The position numbers and the translations under genes were made by a program. A stretch of DNA of 36,281 nt from Actinomycetes bacterium (GTDB lineage Bacteria; Actinomycetota; Acidimicrobiia; Acidimicrobiales; Bog-793). Below, piece after piece: positions 8,635-17,226 of the stretch. The stretch lies in contig JAKATT010000216.1 in assembly GCA_021818615.1 (NCBI GenBank), positions 1 through 36,281 on the forward strand. The letters run 5' to 3'. Under the pieces are notes generated by a model that was not told the origin of the DNA, made no database searches, and saw only the letters and a list, made by a program, of their open reading frames with translations. Each line of letters opens with the position of its first letter. Position 1 is the stretch's first letter.

Positions 8635-9051
8635 CTAGGCACCCGCTTCGCCGAGCAGGCGGCCGAGAGCTGCGCGCGCCTCGGCGTTCTCGAGCGCGAG
8701 CGTCGCCAGGTAGGACGCCAGCAGCTGCGCCCACTCGGCCACCGAGATCTCGCGCCGGCTGATCACGACCCCTCTCACCTCCTGGCTCGCCGTCGCGACG
8801 ATCCTTCCCCGCACGGCTCGCAGCTCGAGAGCCCGCTCGCCGAGCGAGAGCCGGATGACCGTCGCCCTGCCCGGCCGGCCGGCCACGCGGTCCGACATCG
8901 ACCGCTCGCGCTCCACCTCCACCATGCCGGCAGGCAGCAGGCCGGCGACGGTCTCGGAGAGGACGCGGTGGTAGGAGTCGAGATCGTCCGTGTCGGCGCG
9001 CAGGGCGGCCGCAAGCTGCTCGACGGCGCTCGGCTCGAGCTCTCCTGTCAC
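8635..9051 (-). CDS. Hypothetical protein (138 aa)
   Basis: Fits tightly between operon neighbours with typical codon usage; [36 protein letters not shown]. No function assignable. Confidence 0.8.
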   Translation of the reverse strand: MTGELEPSAVEQLAAALRADTDDLDSYHRVLSETVAGLLPAGMVEVERERSMSDRVAGRPGRATVIRLSLGERALELRAVRGRIVATASQEVRGVVISRREISVAEWAQLLASYLATLALENAEARAALGRLLGEAGA

Positions 9052-9067
9052 TCGGGCTCGGACCTGC

Positions 9068-9886
9068 TCAACGGTCGGTGAGGGGGAGGGTCAGCTGCGG
9101 CTTCGCTATGACATGGTCGGCTCGCAGCGGACGGACGGCAGTTCCGACGGCGAAGAATTCCGTGGTGTGGCCGCCCCAGCGGTGCGGGAGCGCCAGCAGC
9201 TGCACCCCGACGATGCCCTCGGCCTGCAGCTGCTCCGCCTCGGCCTGCATGCGGCTCATCGCCAGCTCGCGGGCGTCGTAGAGGGCTTCGGTGTACTGGG
9301 GGATCTCCACGTTGCGCCCGACGTTGCCCATGGCCTTGAACGCCCCCTGGTGGGCGATGTGGTACACGCAGCTGCCCATCACCATGCCGAGCGGGGCATA
9401 GCCGGCCTGGACGAGAGTCCAGAAGTCCTGACCCGACAGGTCGGAGGTGAAGGGCTGACCCTGGTTGTTGCGCCAGCTCGAGCCGTCGTCGGCCACGACG
9501 GCGGTCCCGACGGCGACGAACTCGGCGAGGTCGTTGCCGAACTCCTTGAACTCGATGTCGAGGCGTACGCCGACGATGCCGGCGGCACCGAGAGCCGCCG
9601 CCTCGGCCTCCATCCTCGTCATGGCGAGCTCGCGAGCGTGGTACATCGCCTGGGAGAGCGTGTCCATCTCCATGTTCTTCGACCAGCGCCCGATCTGGAT
9701 GCCGACGTGGTAGATGCTCGAGCCGAGCACGAGGCCAAGTGGCCGGAAGCCCGCCTCGCGCACCAGCAGGAACTCGTTGACGCTCAGGTCCGAGGTGAAC
9801 AGGGCCCCTGGCTGGCCGGGCCGCATCTCGGCCAGGCGGCGCATGGCATCCTCGGGGATGCCGAGGCTGGCGGTGTCGATCGTCAT
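9068..9886 (-). CDS. YbjQ/UPF0145 (putative heavy-metal-binding) protein with two tandem domains
   Basis: Clear internal duplication: FTSDLS..G..PLG.V.GS..YH..A.Y.ARELAM.RM.AEA..L.A.GIVGV.L..EF.AVGTAV occurs twice. ATG at 9886 with GGAAGGAA SD; ATGA overlap with the upstream gene. Confidence 0.88.
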   Translation of the reverse strand: MTIDTASLGIPEDAMRRLAEMRPGQPGALFTSDLSVNEFLLVREAGFRPLGLVLGSSIYHVGIQIGRWSKNMEMDTLSQAMYHARELAMTRMEAEAAALGAAGIVGVRLDIEFKEFGNDLAEFVAVGTAVVADDGSSWRNNQGQPFTSDLSGQDFWTLVQAGYAPLGMVMGSCVYHIAHQGAFKAMGNVGRNVEIPQYTEALYDARELAMSRMQAEAEQLQAEGIVGVQLLALPHRWGGHTTEFFAVGTAVRPLRADHVIAKPQLTLPLTDR

Positions 9887-10806
9887 GGCTTCCTTCCTGT
9901 CGGCACTCGTGGGTTCGTCATCGGCAGCACTGAGAGGCTGGCGGTCGGCGCCTTCTCCTCGCTGTGGAAGCGGGCGATCGCCGTGCCGAGCACCGTCGCG
10001 AGCGCCACGTGGTCGCGGTGGTTCTCGGCGACCTCCTGCTCCCAGACGCTGAGCGACATCGACGACATGATGGCCGCGTCGGCCCCGTAGCCCGAGCTGC
10101 GCCTGTGGAACTGCTGGCGGGCATCGGCTCGCACGTGGTTGACGAGCTGGGTGTAGCCGGACACCTCGGTGTTGCCCGACCAGGCGGACGCCTGGCTCAG
10201 CGTCGCCCAGTCGTCGTGGCGGACGGCGACCGAAAGGCCGACGCAGAGCGAGACCGGCACCCACCCGCCGTGCAGCAGCTTGGCGACGTCGTTGCCCGGC
10301 AGCTGGGTCGAGAACAGGTTGGCCGGCCGGCTCGCGCTGTGCGCCCGGACGGCGGTGCCGTAGGCGAGGAACTCGCGGTTGCCCTCCCCCATGCTGGTCA
10401 CCTGCAACTGCACTCCGACGACCCCGTCGGCCCCGAGGTCACGGCATTCGTAGAGCATGCGCAAAAGGGCGGTGTCGTAGCCATGGTAGAGCGCCTCGGC
10501 GTAGGCGCCGAAGCCGACCCAGGCGTTGGACGCGCCGCTCGTGACTGCCGTGGCCGGGCCGAGGACGTAGCCGCCGCCCAACGCGCCGTAGCCGCCGTAG
10601 CCGCCGTAGCCGCAGCCTCCGAAGCCCTGCCAGCCGATGTGGTGGACGATGCAGCCCATCACCTCGCCGGCGACGCTGAAGCCGCAGCCTTCGAGGGCGG
10701 CTTGGCCCGACACGCTGAGAAGGCTGCCCGCCGGCCCGCCGGCGCGCCCTCTTTCCATTCTCGCCCGGGCTGCCGGCGGCAACCCCTGCCCGTCCCAGTC
10801 GCTCAC
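9883..10806 (-). CDS. Second, divergent tandem-YbjQ/UPF0145 protein
   Basis: GEVMGCIVHHIG, LGADGVVGVQL..EFLAYGTAVR, FSTQLPGND, YGADAAI..LGTAIARF, plus a Gly/Tyr-rich loop. GTG 10806 has GGAGG 5 nt upstream; GTG 10812 is the alternative. Confidence 0.85.
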   Translation of the reverse strand: MSDWDGQGLPPAARARMERGRAGGPAGSLLSVSGQAALEGCGFSVAGEVMGCIVHHIGWQGFGGCGYGGYGGYGALGGGYVLGPATAVTSGASNAWVGFGAYAEALYHGYDTALLRMLYECRDLGADGVVGVQLQVTSMGEGNREFLAYGTAVRAHSASRPANLFSTQLPGNDVAKLLHGGWVPVSLCVGLSVAVRHDDWATLSQASAWSGNTEVSGYTQLVNHVRADARQQFHRRSSGYGADAAIMSSMSLSVWEQEVAENHRDHVALATVLGTAIARFHSEEKAPTASLSVLPMTNPRVPTGRKP

Positions 10807-10880
10807 TCGCACCTCCGCGTCCTACCGACGCTAGCTGGCGCGGCGTCCCCCCGGGGCGGGCAGGGCTCGCCGAGCCCGGA

Positions 10881-12254
10881 TCAGAAGGTCGGGTTCGTAA
10901 AGCTCGGCGGGGTCGAGGGAGAGCCGGTGTAGGTCGTGATCGGGCCGCTGTTGGTGGTCTGGTATATGGGGCCGGACAGCACGAACTTGCCGCCCGTGAT
11001 CACGCCGATCTGGGCGCCCTCAAAGCCGTAGTGGTCGCTCGAGGAGTACGAGAGCGGGACGAGGCCAGGGGTGTTGAAGGTGGGCCCCTTGGCAGCGAGC
11101 GTCGCGACGAGGCTCGCCCGGGTCGGGTTCGGCCCGGCCGCCTGCAGCAGGTCGAGCATCGTGAAGGCGACGGCCATGCCGTACTCGGTGTTCCCGTCGA
11201 ACTTGTTCTTGGAGGTGTTGTCGTACTTCTCGTAGATCTGGTGGAAGAGAGAGATCCACGGGTTCGACAGGTCGGCAGGCGACGGCAGGTAGTCGTCGCT
11301 GATGATCCCGTTCAACAAGGCGGCACCCGCCTTGCCCCCCGAGATGACAGAGACGAGCCCCGAGAGCGTGATGACGTCGGAGCCGACGTTCGAGACCACG
11401 TACTGGGCCTTCAGGCCGAGCTTGGCGCCGCCGAGCAGCGCCTCGGCCGTCGCGGCAGGGATGGTGAACAGCACCACGACCTGGGCGCCGGCGGCCTGCA
11501 CCTTGCTCATCTGGTCGCCAAGCCCGGTCGCCTGCAGGAGCTGGGCGATCGAGTAGGGCTGGCGCGCCACCACCTGGCTGGCGGGGATCTCCTGGTCGAG
11601 TCCCTTCACGCCATCCTGGCCGAACTCGTCGTCCTGGTAGACGTAGGCGATCTTCTTGCCCTTGAAGTGGGACTCGACGTACTTGCCGAGGACCTTTCCC
11701 TCGATGACGTAGTTGGTCTGCCACCCTGTCGTGTACGGGTAAGCCGGATTGCTCCAGCAGGCGCAGCCCGACGCGACGAAGAGCTGCGGCACCTTCTGAC
11801 TGTTCAACAGGCCCTGCACCTGGAGCTGGGTCGGCGTGCCAAGCGGGTCGAAGTCGGCGAAGACAGGCTCGGCGAGGAGCTGGCGCGTCTTCTGGACTGT
11901 CTCGGTCGGGTTGTAGGCGTCGTCGAGGTAGTTGTAGACGATCTTGCGGCCATAGATGCCACCGTGGGCGTTCGCCCACTGGAAGACGGCGTTCGATGCA
12001 GGGGCGATCTCGCTGTAGCCGGGGGCCGCCGGCCCGGTCAGAGGCTGGGTCGAGCCGAGCACGATCTGGTTCGCGGTGATGCCGGGCGCCGAGGCCGTCG
12101 GTTTGGCGCTCGTGGTCGAGCTCGACGATCCGCTCGTGGTGCTGGCACCGCTCGTGCCGCTCGTGCCGGTCGAGGCCGTGCCGCAGGCCGCCGCGAGCAG
12201 AGCAGCTGCTGCGAGTGAGCCGATGATGCGTAGTGATCGAGACCACCGAGACAT
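10881..12254 (-). CDS. ABC transporter substrate-binding lipoprotein, branched-chain amino acid (LivK/LivJ-like) family
   Basis: Lipoprotein signal (..LLAAAC), Ser/Thr linker, PLTGPAA, NAHGGIYGRKI, DDAYNP, YQDDEFG. ATG 12254 with AAGGAGG SD. Confidence 0.92.
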   Translation of the reverse strand: MSRWSRSLRIIGSLAAAALLAAACGTASTGTSGTSGASTTSGSSSSTTSAKPTASAPGITANQIVLGSTQPLTGPAAPGYSEIAPASNAVFQWANAHGGIYGRKIVYNYLDDAYNPTETVQKTRQLLAEPVFADFDPLGTPTQLQVQGLLNSQKVPQLFVASGCACWSNPAYPYTTGWQTNYVIEGKVLGKYVESHFKGKKIAYVYQDDEFGQDGVKGLDQEIPASQVVARQPYSIAQLLQATGLGDQMSKVQAAGAQVVVLFTIPAATAEALLGGAKLGLKAQYVVSNVGSDVITLSGLVSVISGGKAGAALLNGIISDDYLPSPADLSNPWISLFHQIYEKYDNTSKNKFDGNTEYGMAVAFTMLDLLQAAGPNPTRASLVATLAAKGPTFNTPGLVPLSYSSSDHYGFEGAQIGVITGGKFVLSGPIYQTTNSGPITTYTGSPSTPPSFTNPTF

Positions 12255-12318
12255 ATGCCCCTCCTTGTGCTGGGCCTGCCGACCGTGACGATCCTCTGAC
12301 GGCTTAGTTACGGGCAAG

Positions 12319-13374
12319 CTACCACCGGAGCACCCTGCGTGCCCGGGCAGCGAGGCGGTTCAACCCTCCTTGTATCCCCTGGGGAGCAAGCAGGACTACG
12401 AGCACGATGAGGGCGCCAAAGATCATGTTCGGCAGGTTGGCGCCGAAGTTCGTCTGGTTGCTCGTCGCGCTCGAGAGCCAGAGCGGGACGTAGACGACGA
12501 GGATCCCTCCCCACACCGCTCCTATGAGCGTGCCGGTGCCGCCGACGACCATGCCGGCGATGAGCGAGATCGAGAGGCTGATCGGGAACGCACCTGAGGT
12601 GGCGCCCAGGTTGACGAGAGCCAGCAGGGCGCCGCCGAGACCGGCGCAGGCCGCCGAGAGCACGAAGCCGAGCACCTGTGCCCTGGCCACGCTGATACCC
12701 GAGAGCGAGGCGGCGATCTCGTCCTCGCGCACGGCGGCGAAGGCCCGGTACCAGCGGCTCGAGCGCAGGTTGGCCAGCAGGAAGAGCACGACGAGCGCCG
12801 ACAGCAGGCAGATCCAGTCGAGCCAGTGGTTGATCTCGATGCTGGACGGCGGGGTGAGCTGGACAGGGATGCCCTGGTCGCTGTTGAAGTAGTGGTCGGC
12901 GAGCTGGGGCACGGCCAGACCGAGCGCCAGGGTGACTCCTGCGAGGTAGGGGCCCCGCAGGCGGGCCGCCGCCACGCCGATCACGAGGCCCGCCACGCCA
13001 GTGAGCGCCGTAGCGAACAGCAGGCCGGCAACGAGCGGCACATGCGGGTTGTGAACCTCGAGATCCGCGTAGGAGTAGGCGCCGATCGCCATCAAGGCGG
13101 CATGCCCGAGCGATACCTGGCCCGTACCCCCGACGAGGAGCGACAGCCCGGCGATCACCACCGTGTAGACCGCCACCGTGGCGATGTTCGCGTTCGTCAG
13201 GCTGCCGACGCTGATCGACAAGGCGTAACAGAGGACGCCGCCGGCAACGGTGAGAAGGCCGTGCCGGAGAAGGGGCTGGCGCGGGAGCCTCACGAGCTCG
13301 GACAGCCGGCGCCGCCCGCCTTGCTCGGGCGGCGCCGGGGCCGGCTGCTCCATGGTGCCGAGCTCGCTCGCCAT
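12319..13374 (-). CDS. livM: Branched-chain amino acid ABC permease (LivM-like)
   Basis: GLSLLVGGTGQVSLGHAALMAIGAY, RLRGPYLAGVTL, AVREDEIAASLSGI, VVGGTGTLIGAVWG. Confidence 0.9.
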   Translation of the reverse strand: MASELGTMEQPAPAPPEQGGRRRLSELVRLPRQPLLRHGLLTVAGGVLCYALSISVGSLTNANIATVAVYTVVIAGLSLLVGGTGQVSLGHAALMAIGAYSYADLEVHNPHVPLVAGLLFATALTGVAGLVIGVAAARLRGPYLAGVTLALGLAVPQLADHYFNSDQGIPVQLTPPSSIEINHWLDWICLLSALVVLFLLANLRSSRWYRAFAAVREDEIAASLSGISVARAQVLGFVLSAACAGLGGALLALVNLGATSGAFPISLSISLIAGMVVGGTGTLIGAVWGGILVVYVPLWLSSATSNQTNFGANLPNMIFGALIVLVVLLAPQGIQGGLNRLAARARRVLRW

Positions 13375-14258
13375 CAGACCCTTCTCTGCTCGGCAGAGCT
13401 GAACAGACCGGCCGGGCGGACCATGAGCACGACGACGAGCAGCCCGACAGCTCCGATCGGCTGAAAGGAGCTGCCGAGGTAACCGCCGACGTAGGAGAGG
13501 GCGAGCCCGGAGACGAGGCCGCCGACGAGCGCGCCGAGCGGGCTCTCGAGGCCGCCGATGATGGCAGCCGTGAAGCCGTAGATGAGGACGGTGTCCATGT
13601 TCGAGGGCGAAAGGAAGACCCGGGGGGCGACGAAGAGACCGGCGAGCGAGCCGGCGGCGGCGGCGAGTGCCCAGCCGAGCGTGAACATGCGCTTCACGCG
13701 GACGCCGAGCAGCCCGGCCACCTCCGGTGCAAAAGCGGCGGCCCGCATGCGCAGGCCCACGGAGGTCTTCCGGAAGCCCAGCAGCAGAAGGAGCATGAGG
13801 CCGAGGACAGCCGCGATCGTGAAGACGTCGAAGGGATCGAGCTCGATCCCCTGGCCGCCGACGCGAAAGCCGATCTGCGAGAAGGGCGACGGAAAGCCGC
13901 GCTGGCTCGAGCCCCAGATGCCGCCCGCGAGCGCCTCGATGAATATGAGCACCCCGATCGCCACGATGACGGCGTCGAGCGCGTTGCGGTTCTCCACCGG
14001 CCGGATGACGACGCGCTCGACGAGCCCGCCGATGACAAAGCCGGCGGCGAGCGCCACGACAAAGGCGGCCCAGTAACCGACCTGGTGCTCGAGGGCCGCG
14101 TCGGCAATGTAGGTCGTGATCATGGCCATGGCGCCCTGCGCGAAGTTGAGCACCCGCGTCGAGCGCCAGACGAGGACGAGGCCGAGCGCCACGGCGGCGC
14201 CGATCATGCCCTCGGTGATCCCGTTCAACGTGTAGTTGACGAAAAGGCGCACCCTCAC
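13374..14258 (-). CDS. livH: Branched-chain amino acid ABC permease (LivH-like)
   Basis: ALGLVLVWRSTRVLNFAQGAM, TSVGLRMRA, AAIIGGLESPLGALVGG, VRPAGLF. Start is GTG 14258 or 14252. Confidence 0.9.
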   Translation of the reverse strand: MRVRLFVNYTLNGITEGMIGAAVALGLVLVWRSTRVLNFAQGAMAMITTYIADAALEHQVGYWAAFVVALAAGFVIGGLVERVVIRPVENRNALDAVIVAIGVLIFIEALAGGIWGSSQRGFPSPFSQIGFRVGGQGIELDPFDVFTIAAVLGLMLLLLLGFRKTSVGLRMRAAAFAPEVAGLLGVRVKRMFTLGWALAAAAGSLAGLFVAPRVFLSPSNMDTVLIYGFTAAIIGGLESPLGALVGGLVSGLALSYVGGYLGSSFQPIGAVGLLVVVLMVRPAGLFSSAEQRRV

Positions 14259-14282
14259 CCCTTCCTGGTCATGGTCTGGTCA

Positions 14283-14393
14283 TTGACAACCTCCCCGCCC
14301 TGAAGGGCGAGGATTCCGGCTGACTCGGTCGTTCACGCAACGCATGAGCGATCTCCCGTCGGCCTTCGGCATGGCTTTCCGGTGGCCAGCCGA
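14283..14393 (-). mobile_element. Orphan IS200/IS605-family right end (omega-RNA-like scaffold) without tnpA/tnpB
   Basis: Minus strand ends GGAATCCTCGCCCTTCAGGGCGGGGAGGTTGTCAA: a subterminal hairpin plus terminal TCAA, as typical of IS605/IS1341-type right ends. It is preceded by further stems (14366-14393; 14318-14364 enclosing 14329-14351). Confidence 0.72.
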
Positions 14394-14405
14394 GACGATG
14401 CTGTC

Positions 14406-15221
14406 TCAGGGAGCCGATGGCTGCCTGCTCGTCCCCCGTTCCTGTCGTCGCCAGCGTCGGAGCCATGCTCGCACGTCCACCCACTCGACCCGCCTGGCGA
14501 CGGCGGCAACGGTGGCACCCCACGCGATGCCGAGGAGCAGCCCAAATGCCACGTCGCTGAACCAGTGCACACCAAGGATGAGCCTCGTGTAGATGACGAA
14601 GAGCGAGGCGACGAGGGCAACCAGCCAGGGCCACAGCTTGCGGCGAGAGAGCGCGACCGCACCTAGGAGCGCGAACAGCATCGCTGTCACCGCCACCGAG
14701 TGCCCGGAGGGGAACGAGAAGCTCGTCTCGTGCATGCCTGGGACGGCACCCGGAGCCGGGTAGACGGCCGTCGGCGGCCGTGGCCGCCTGATGATCTCCC
14801 GAATGAGGAAAACCTGGAGCTCGCCGCCCAGATACGCCACGATCGGGATGAGGGCGCGGACTGATCGGAGCATCACGAGCAGGATCGCGCTCAGCAGCAC
14901 CGCGATCACGGCAAGCTTCGGGGCATCGCCGAGGAATGCGATCACCTTGGAGACGCCGACGAGGCCGAAACGGTGGTGCACGTCGAAGGTCTGCACCCGG
15001 TCGTCCCAGCCCTGGATTGCCCCGCCCCCGTGGCGACCGACGAAGGCCAGGCCGAGGAGCAGCCCGACGGCGAAGATGGCGGCCGCCGTCGCGACGAGGG
15101 TGACGATGCCGCGCCCCACCTTGCGGGGGTCTCCGGTCAGCTGCGCGGCGTGCGCTCGGCGCGTAGCAGCCGGTGGCGGCGAAGGGACGGCCGGGTTGGG
15201 GGCAGAGGACAAGACGGCCAA
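14406..15221 (-). CDS. PAP2-family membrane phosphatase
   Basis: C1 IRRPRP, C2 SFPSGHS, C3 TRLILGVHWFSDV, and several TM helices. The TTG start at 15221 is uncertain. Confidence 0.9.
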   Translation of the reverse strand: MAVLSSAPNPAVPSPPPAATRRAHAAQLTGDPRKVGRGIVTLVATAAAIFAVGLLLGLAFVGRHGGGAIQGWDDRVQTFDVHHRFGLVGVSKVIAFLGDAPKLAVIAVLLSAILLVMLRSVRALIPIVAYLGGELQVFLIREIIRRPRPPTAVYPAPGAVPGMHETSFSFPSGHSVAVTAMLFALLGAVALSRRKLWPWLVALVASLFVIYTRLILGVHWFSDVAFGLLLGIAWGATVAAVARRVEWVDVRAWLRRWRRQERGTSRQPSAP

Positions 15222-15225
15222 GAGG

Positions 15226-15480
15226 TTAACGAGCGGTTCCGCCCGAGGTCCGACAGCTGCGCAGGTCGATGTGCAGGCGGTTCTTCACGCGCTTCGACTC
15301 GGGAACCTTGAGGAACAGCAGGTCCGGCGCCACGCCCTCCTCGGCGCTGCCTTCCGGCAGCCCGAGGACCACTTCGGCCGCCTCCTCGTAGGTCCGCCTC
15401 CGCCCGAGCACCGCCTCCCGGAAGGAGGCGAGCGAGGACGGGTCGTGCGCATCGATGCAGACTGCCTGGAACCGAAGCAT
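15226..15480 (-). pseudogene. Truncated VOC/glyoxalase-family gene
   Basis: MLRFQAVCIDAHDPSSLASF..PDLLFLKVPESKRVKNRLHIDLR, then the homology is lost and the frame stops. The C-terminal DPEGNEFC motif is absent, and two positions that are usually Trp are CGG (Arg). Confidence 0.78.
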
Positions 15481-15655
15481 GCACTCGAGGCTATTGTGCG
15501 CCTGGGTGGCATGCAGGGGGGCGGAGCTGGGCCCGAGCGCGAACCGGCTCCGCCGTCGCTGTGAGCAGCCGGCGGCCGGACGCTTCCCGAGAATCGTCCG
15601 AGAGAAAGCGACAGAGCTGCCGGCACGGGTCGCGGCGACCGGAGGGACGAAACCC

Positions 15656-16909
15656 ATGGCCATGAACTGCAAGCCGATCCCGACCATCGACGAGCGGATC
15701 AACGACATCCGCATGCGCACGGCCGAGATCGTGAACGAGGACATTCTCCCGAACGAGCTCCGTCTGTGGGCGACTCGCCAGGAGGGCGAGTCGATGGAGC
15801 ACCGTCGGGAGGTGCTCGCACTGCGGGCGGAGATCAGGGAGAAGGTGAAGAAGGCCGGGCTGTGGGCTCCCCACCTGCCGAAGGAGTACGGCGGCATGGG
15901 GCTCGACTTCCTGGCACATGCCTACATGAACGAGGTGCTCGCCTACGCAGTCGGCGCTGCGTCGCTGTTCGGTGTCGTCGCTCCGAACTCCGGGAACCAG
16001 TCGATCCTCGTCAAGTACGGCACCGAGGAGCAGAAGGAGCGCTTCTTGCTGCCGCTCATCGATGGGACGATGGAGTCGGGCTTCTCGATGACCGAGCCGC
16101 ACAACCCGGGCTCGGACCCGCGCTCGCTCACGACTACCGCGGTGCGCGACGACGGGCAGTGGGTGATCAACGGACACAAGTGGTTCACCTCGAACGGTAT
16201 CGATGCTGACTTCTTCATCGTCATGTGCCGGGCCCTGGACGAGGGCGCCCGGCCCGCCAAGGGAGACCCGATGGTCCAGATCATCGTCCCGACCGCGACG
16301 AGGGGAGTCGAGATCGTACGAGGCATCGGGATCTGGGGACGCCGCGAGTCCGACCACTGCGAGGTCCGCTACAGCGACGTCCGGGTGCCGCTCGAGAACA
16401 TGCTCGGCCACGTCGGCGACGGTCACCAAGCGGCACAGGACCGCCTCGGCGCCGGACGCATCTACCACTGCATGAACTCTGTCGGACAGATGTGGCGCGC
16501 CTTCGACCTCATGGTCGAGCGGGCTCGCTCGCGCGAGGTCCACGGCGGTCTGCTCAAGGACAAGCAGTTCATCCAGGGCTTCATCGCCGACAGCTACATG
16601 GACATCCAGGCATCCCGGCTGATGACGTTGCACGCGGCGGAGAAGATCGATCAGGGTCTGCAGGGCGCCCGCACCGACATCTCGGCGATCAAGGTCTTCG
16701 TGCCGAACGCGTACTCGAGAGTCGTGGACCGGGCGATCCAGGTGTGGGGGGCGGCAGGGATCTCGAACGACCTCCCGCTCGCTCAGATGTACCTCGGCGC
16801 ACGGACCCTGCGCATCGCCGATGGCCCCGACGAGGTGCACCGCGTCCTCATCGCGAAGAACGTGCTCGGCCAGTACTCCAAGGGCGAGGGCTGGGACTTC
16901 GGGAACTGA
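15656..16909 (+). CDS. Acyl-CoA dehydrogenase family protein
   Basis: GLWAPHLPKEYGGMG, APNSGN, FSMTEP..GSDP, WVINGHKWFTS, AQDRLGAGRIYHCM, RTLRIADGPDEVH. ATG 15656 with GGAGGG SD. Confidence 0.94.
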   Translation: MAMNCKPIPTIDERINDIRMRTAEIVNEDILPNELRLWATRQEGESMEHRREVLALRAEIREKVKKAGLWAPHLPKEYGGMGLDFLAHAYMNEVLAYAVGAASLFGVVAPNSGNQSILVKYGTEEQKERFLLPLIDGTMESGFSMTEPHNPGSDPRSLTTTAVRDDGQWVINGHKWFTSNGIDADFFIVMCRALDEGARPAKGDPMVQIIVPTATRGVEIVRGIGIWGRRESDHCEVRYSDVRVPLENMLGHVGDGHQAAQDRLGAGRIYHCMNSVGQMWRAFDLMVERARSREVHGGLLKDKQFIQGFIADSYMDIQASRLMTLHAAEKIDQGLQGARTDISAIKVFVPNAYSRVVDRAIQVWGAAGISNDLPLAQMYLGARTLRIADGPDEVHRVLIAKNVLGQYSKGEGWDFGN

Positions 16910-16989
16910 CCACGGCAGCGCAGCGGAGCGGGCCCGCCTCGTCACCGTGCCCGAGGCGGAGCGGCCGGGCCAGCGCTAGCGTCGCGGCC

Positions 16990-17226
16990 ATGACGACAAG
17001 CGCACGGGAGTGGTTGGCCGAGCTCGCCTCCGGCCTCGGGACGCCGGCGCCGAACGACGACGAGCTCGACGAGCTGCTGGCCCTGGCCGGCATCGCCGCG
17101 CATGCGTCGGAGCGCGCCGCGGCACCCGTCTCCTGCTGGCTCGTAGCGAGGGCCGGCTGTCCGACCTCAGAAGCCCTTGCCATAGCAAAGCGCATCGCCG
17201 ACTCCTGGTCGGAGGATGGCGAGTAG
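16990..17226 (+). CDS. DUF6457-like small protein (MobA-associated)
   Basis: EWLAELASGLG..LLALAGIAAHASERAAAPVSCWLVARA. ATG lies 7 nt after a TAGCGT -10-like hexamer; the gene overlaps the mobA start. Confidence 0.8.
   Translation: MTTSAREWLAELASGLGTPAPNDDELDELLALAGIAAHASERAAAPVSCWLVARAGCPTSEALAIAKRIADSWSEDGE

Noticed and set aside
7935-8642. 384-aa ORF suggesting a long N-terminal fusion to Dtd
   Set aside because: The extension overlaps the PNPOx-like gene in another frame. Dtd begins at the canonical MRAVVQRV (GTG 7934).
10570-10616. GCCGCCGTA-type short repeats
   Set aside because: They simply encode the GGY-rich loop of the YbjQ-like protein; no sign of an independent DNA element.
14283-14288. 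Perfect TTGACA as a plus-strand -35 box
   Set aside because: No -10 element at 16-18 nt. It is better explained as the reverse complement of the IS end (TGTCAA).
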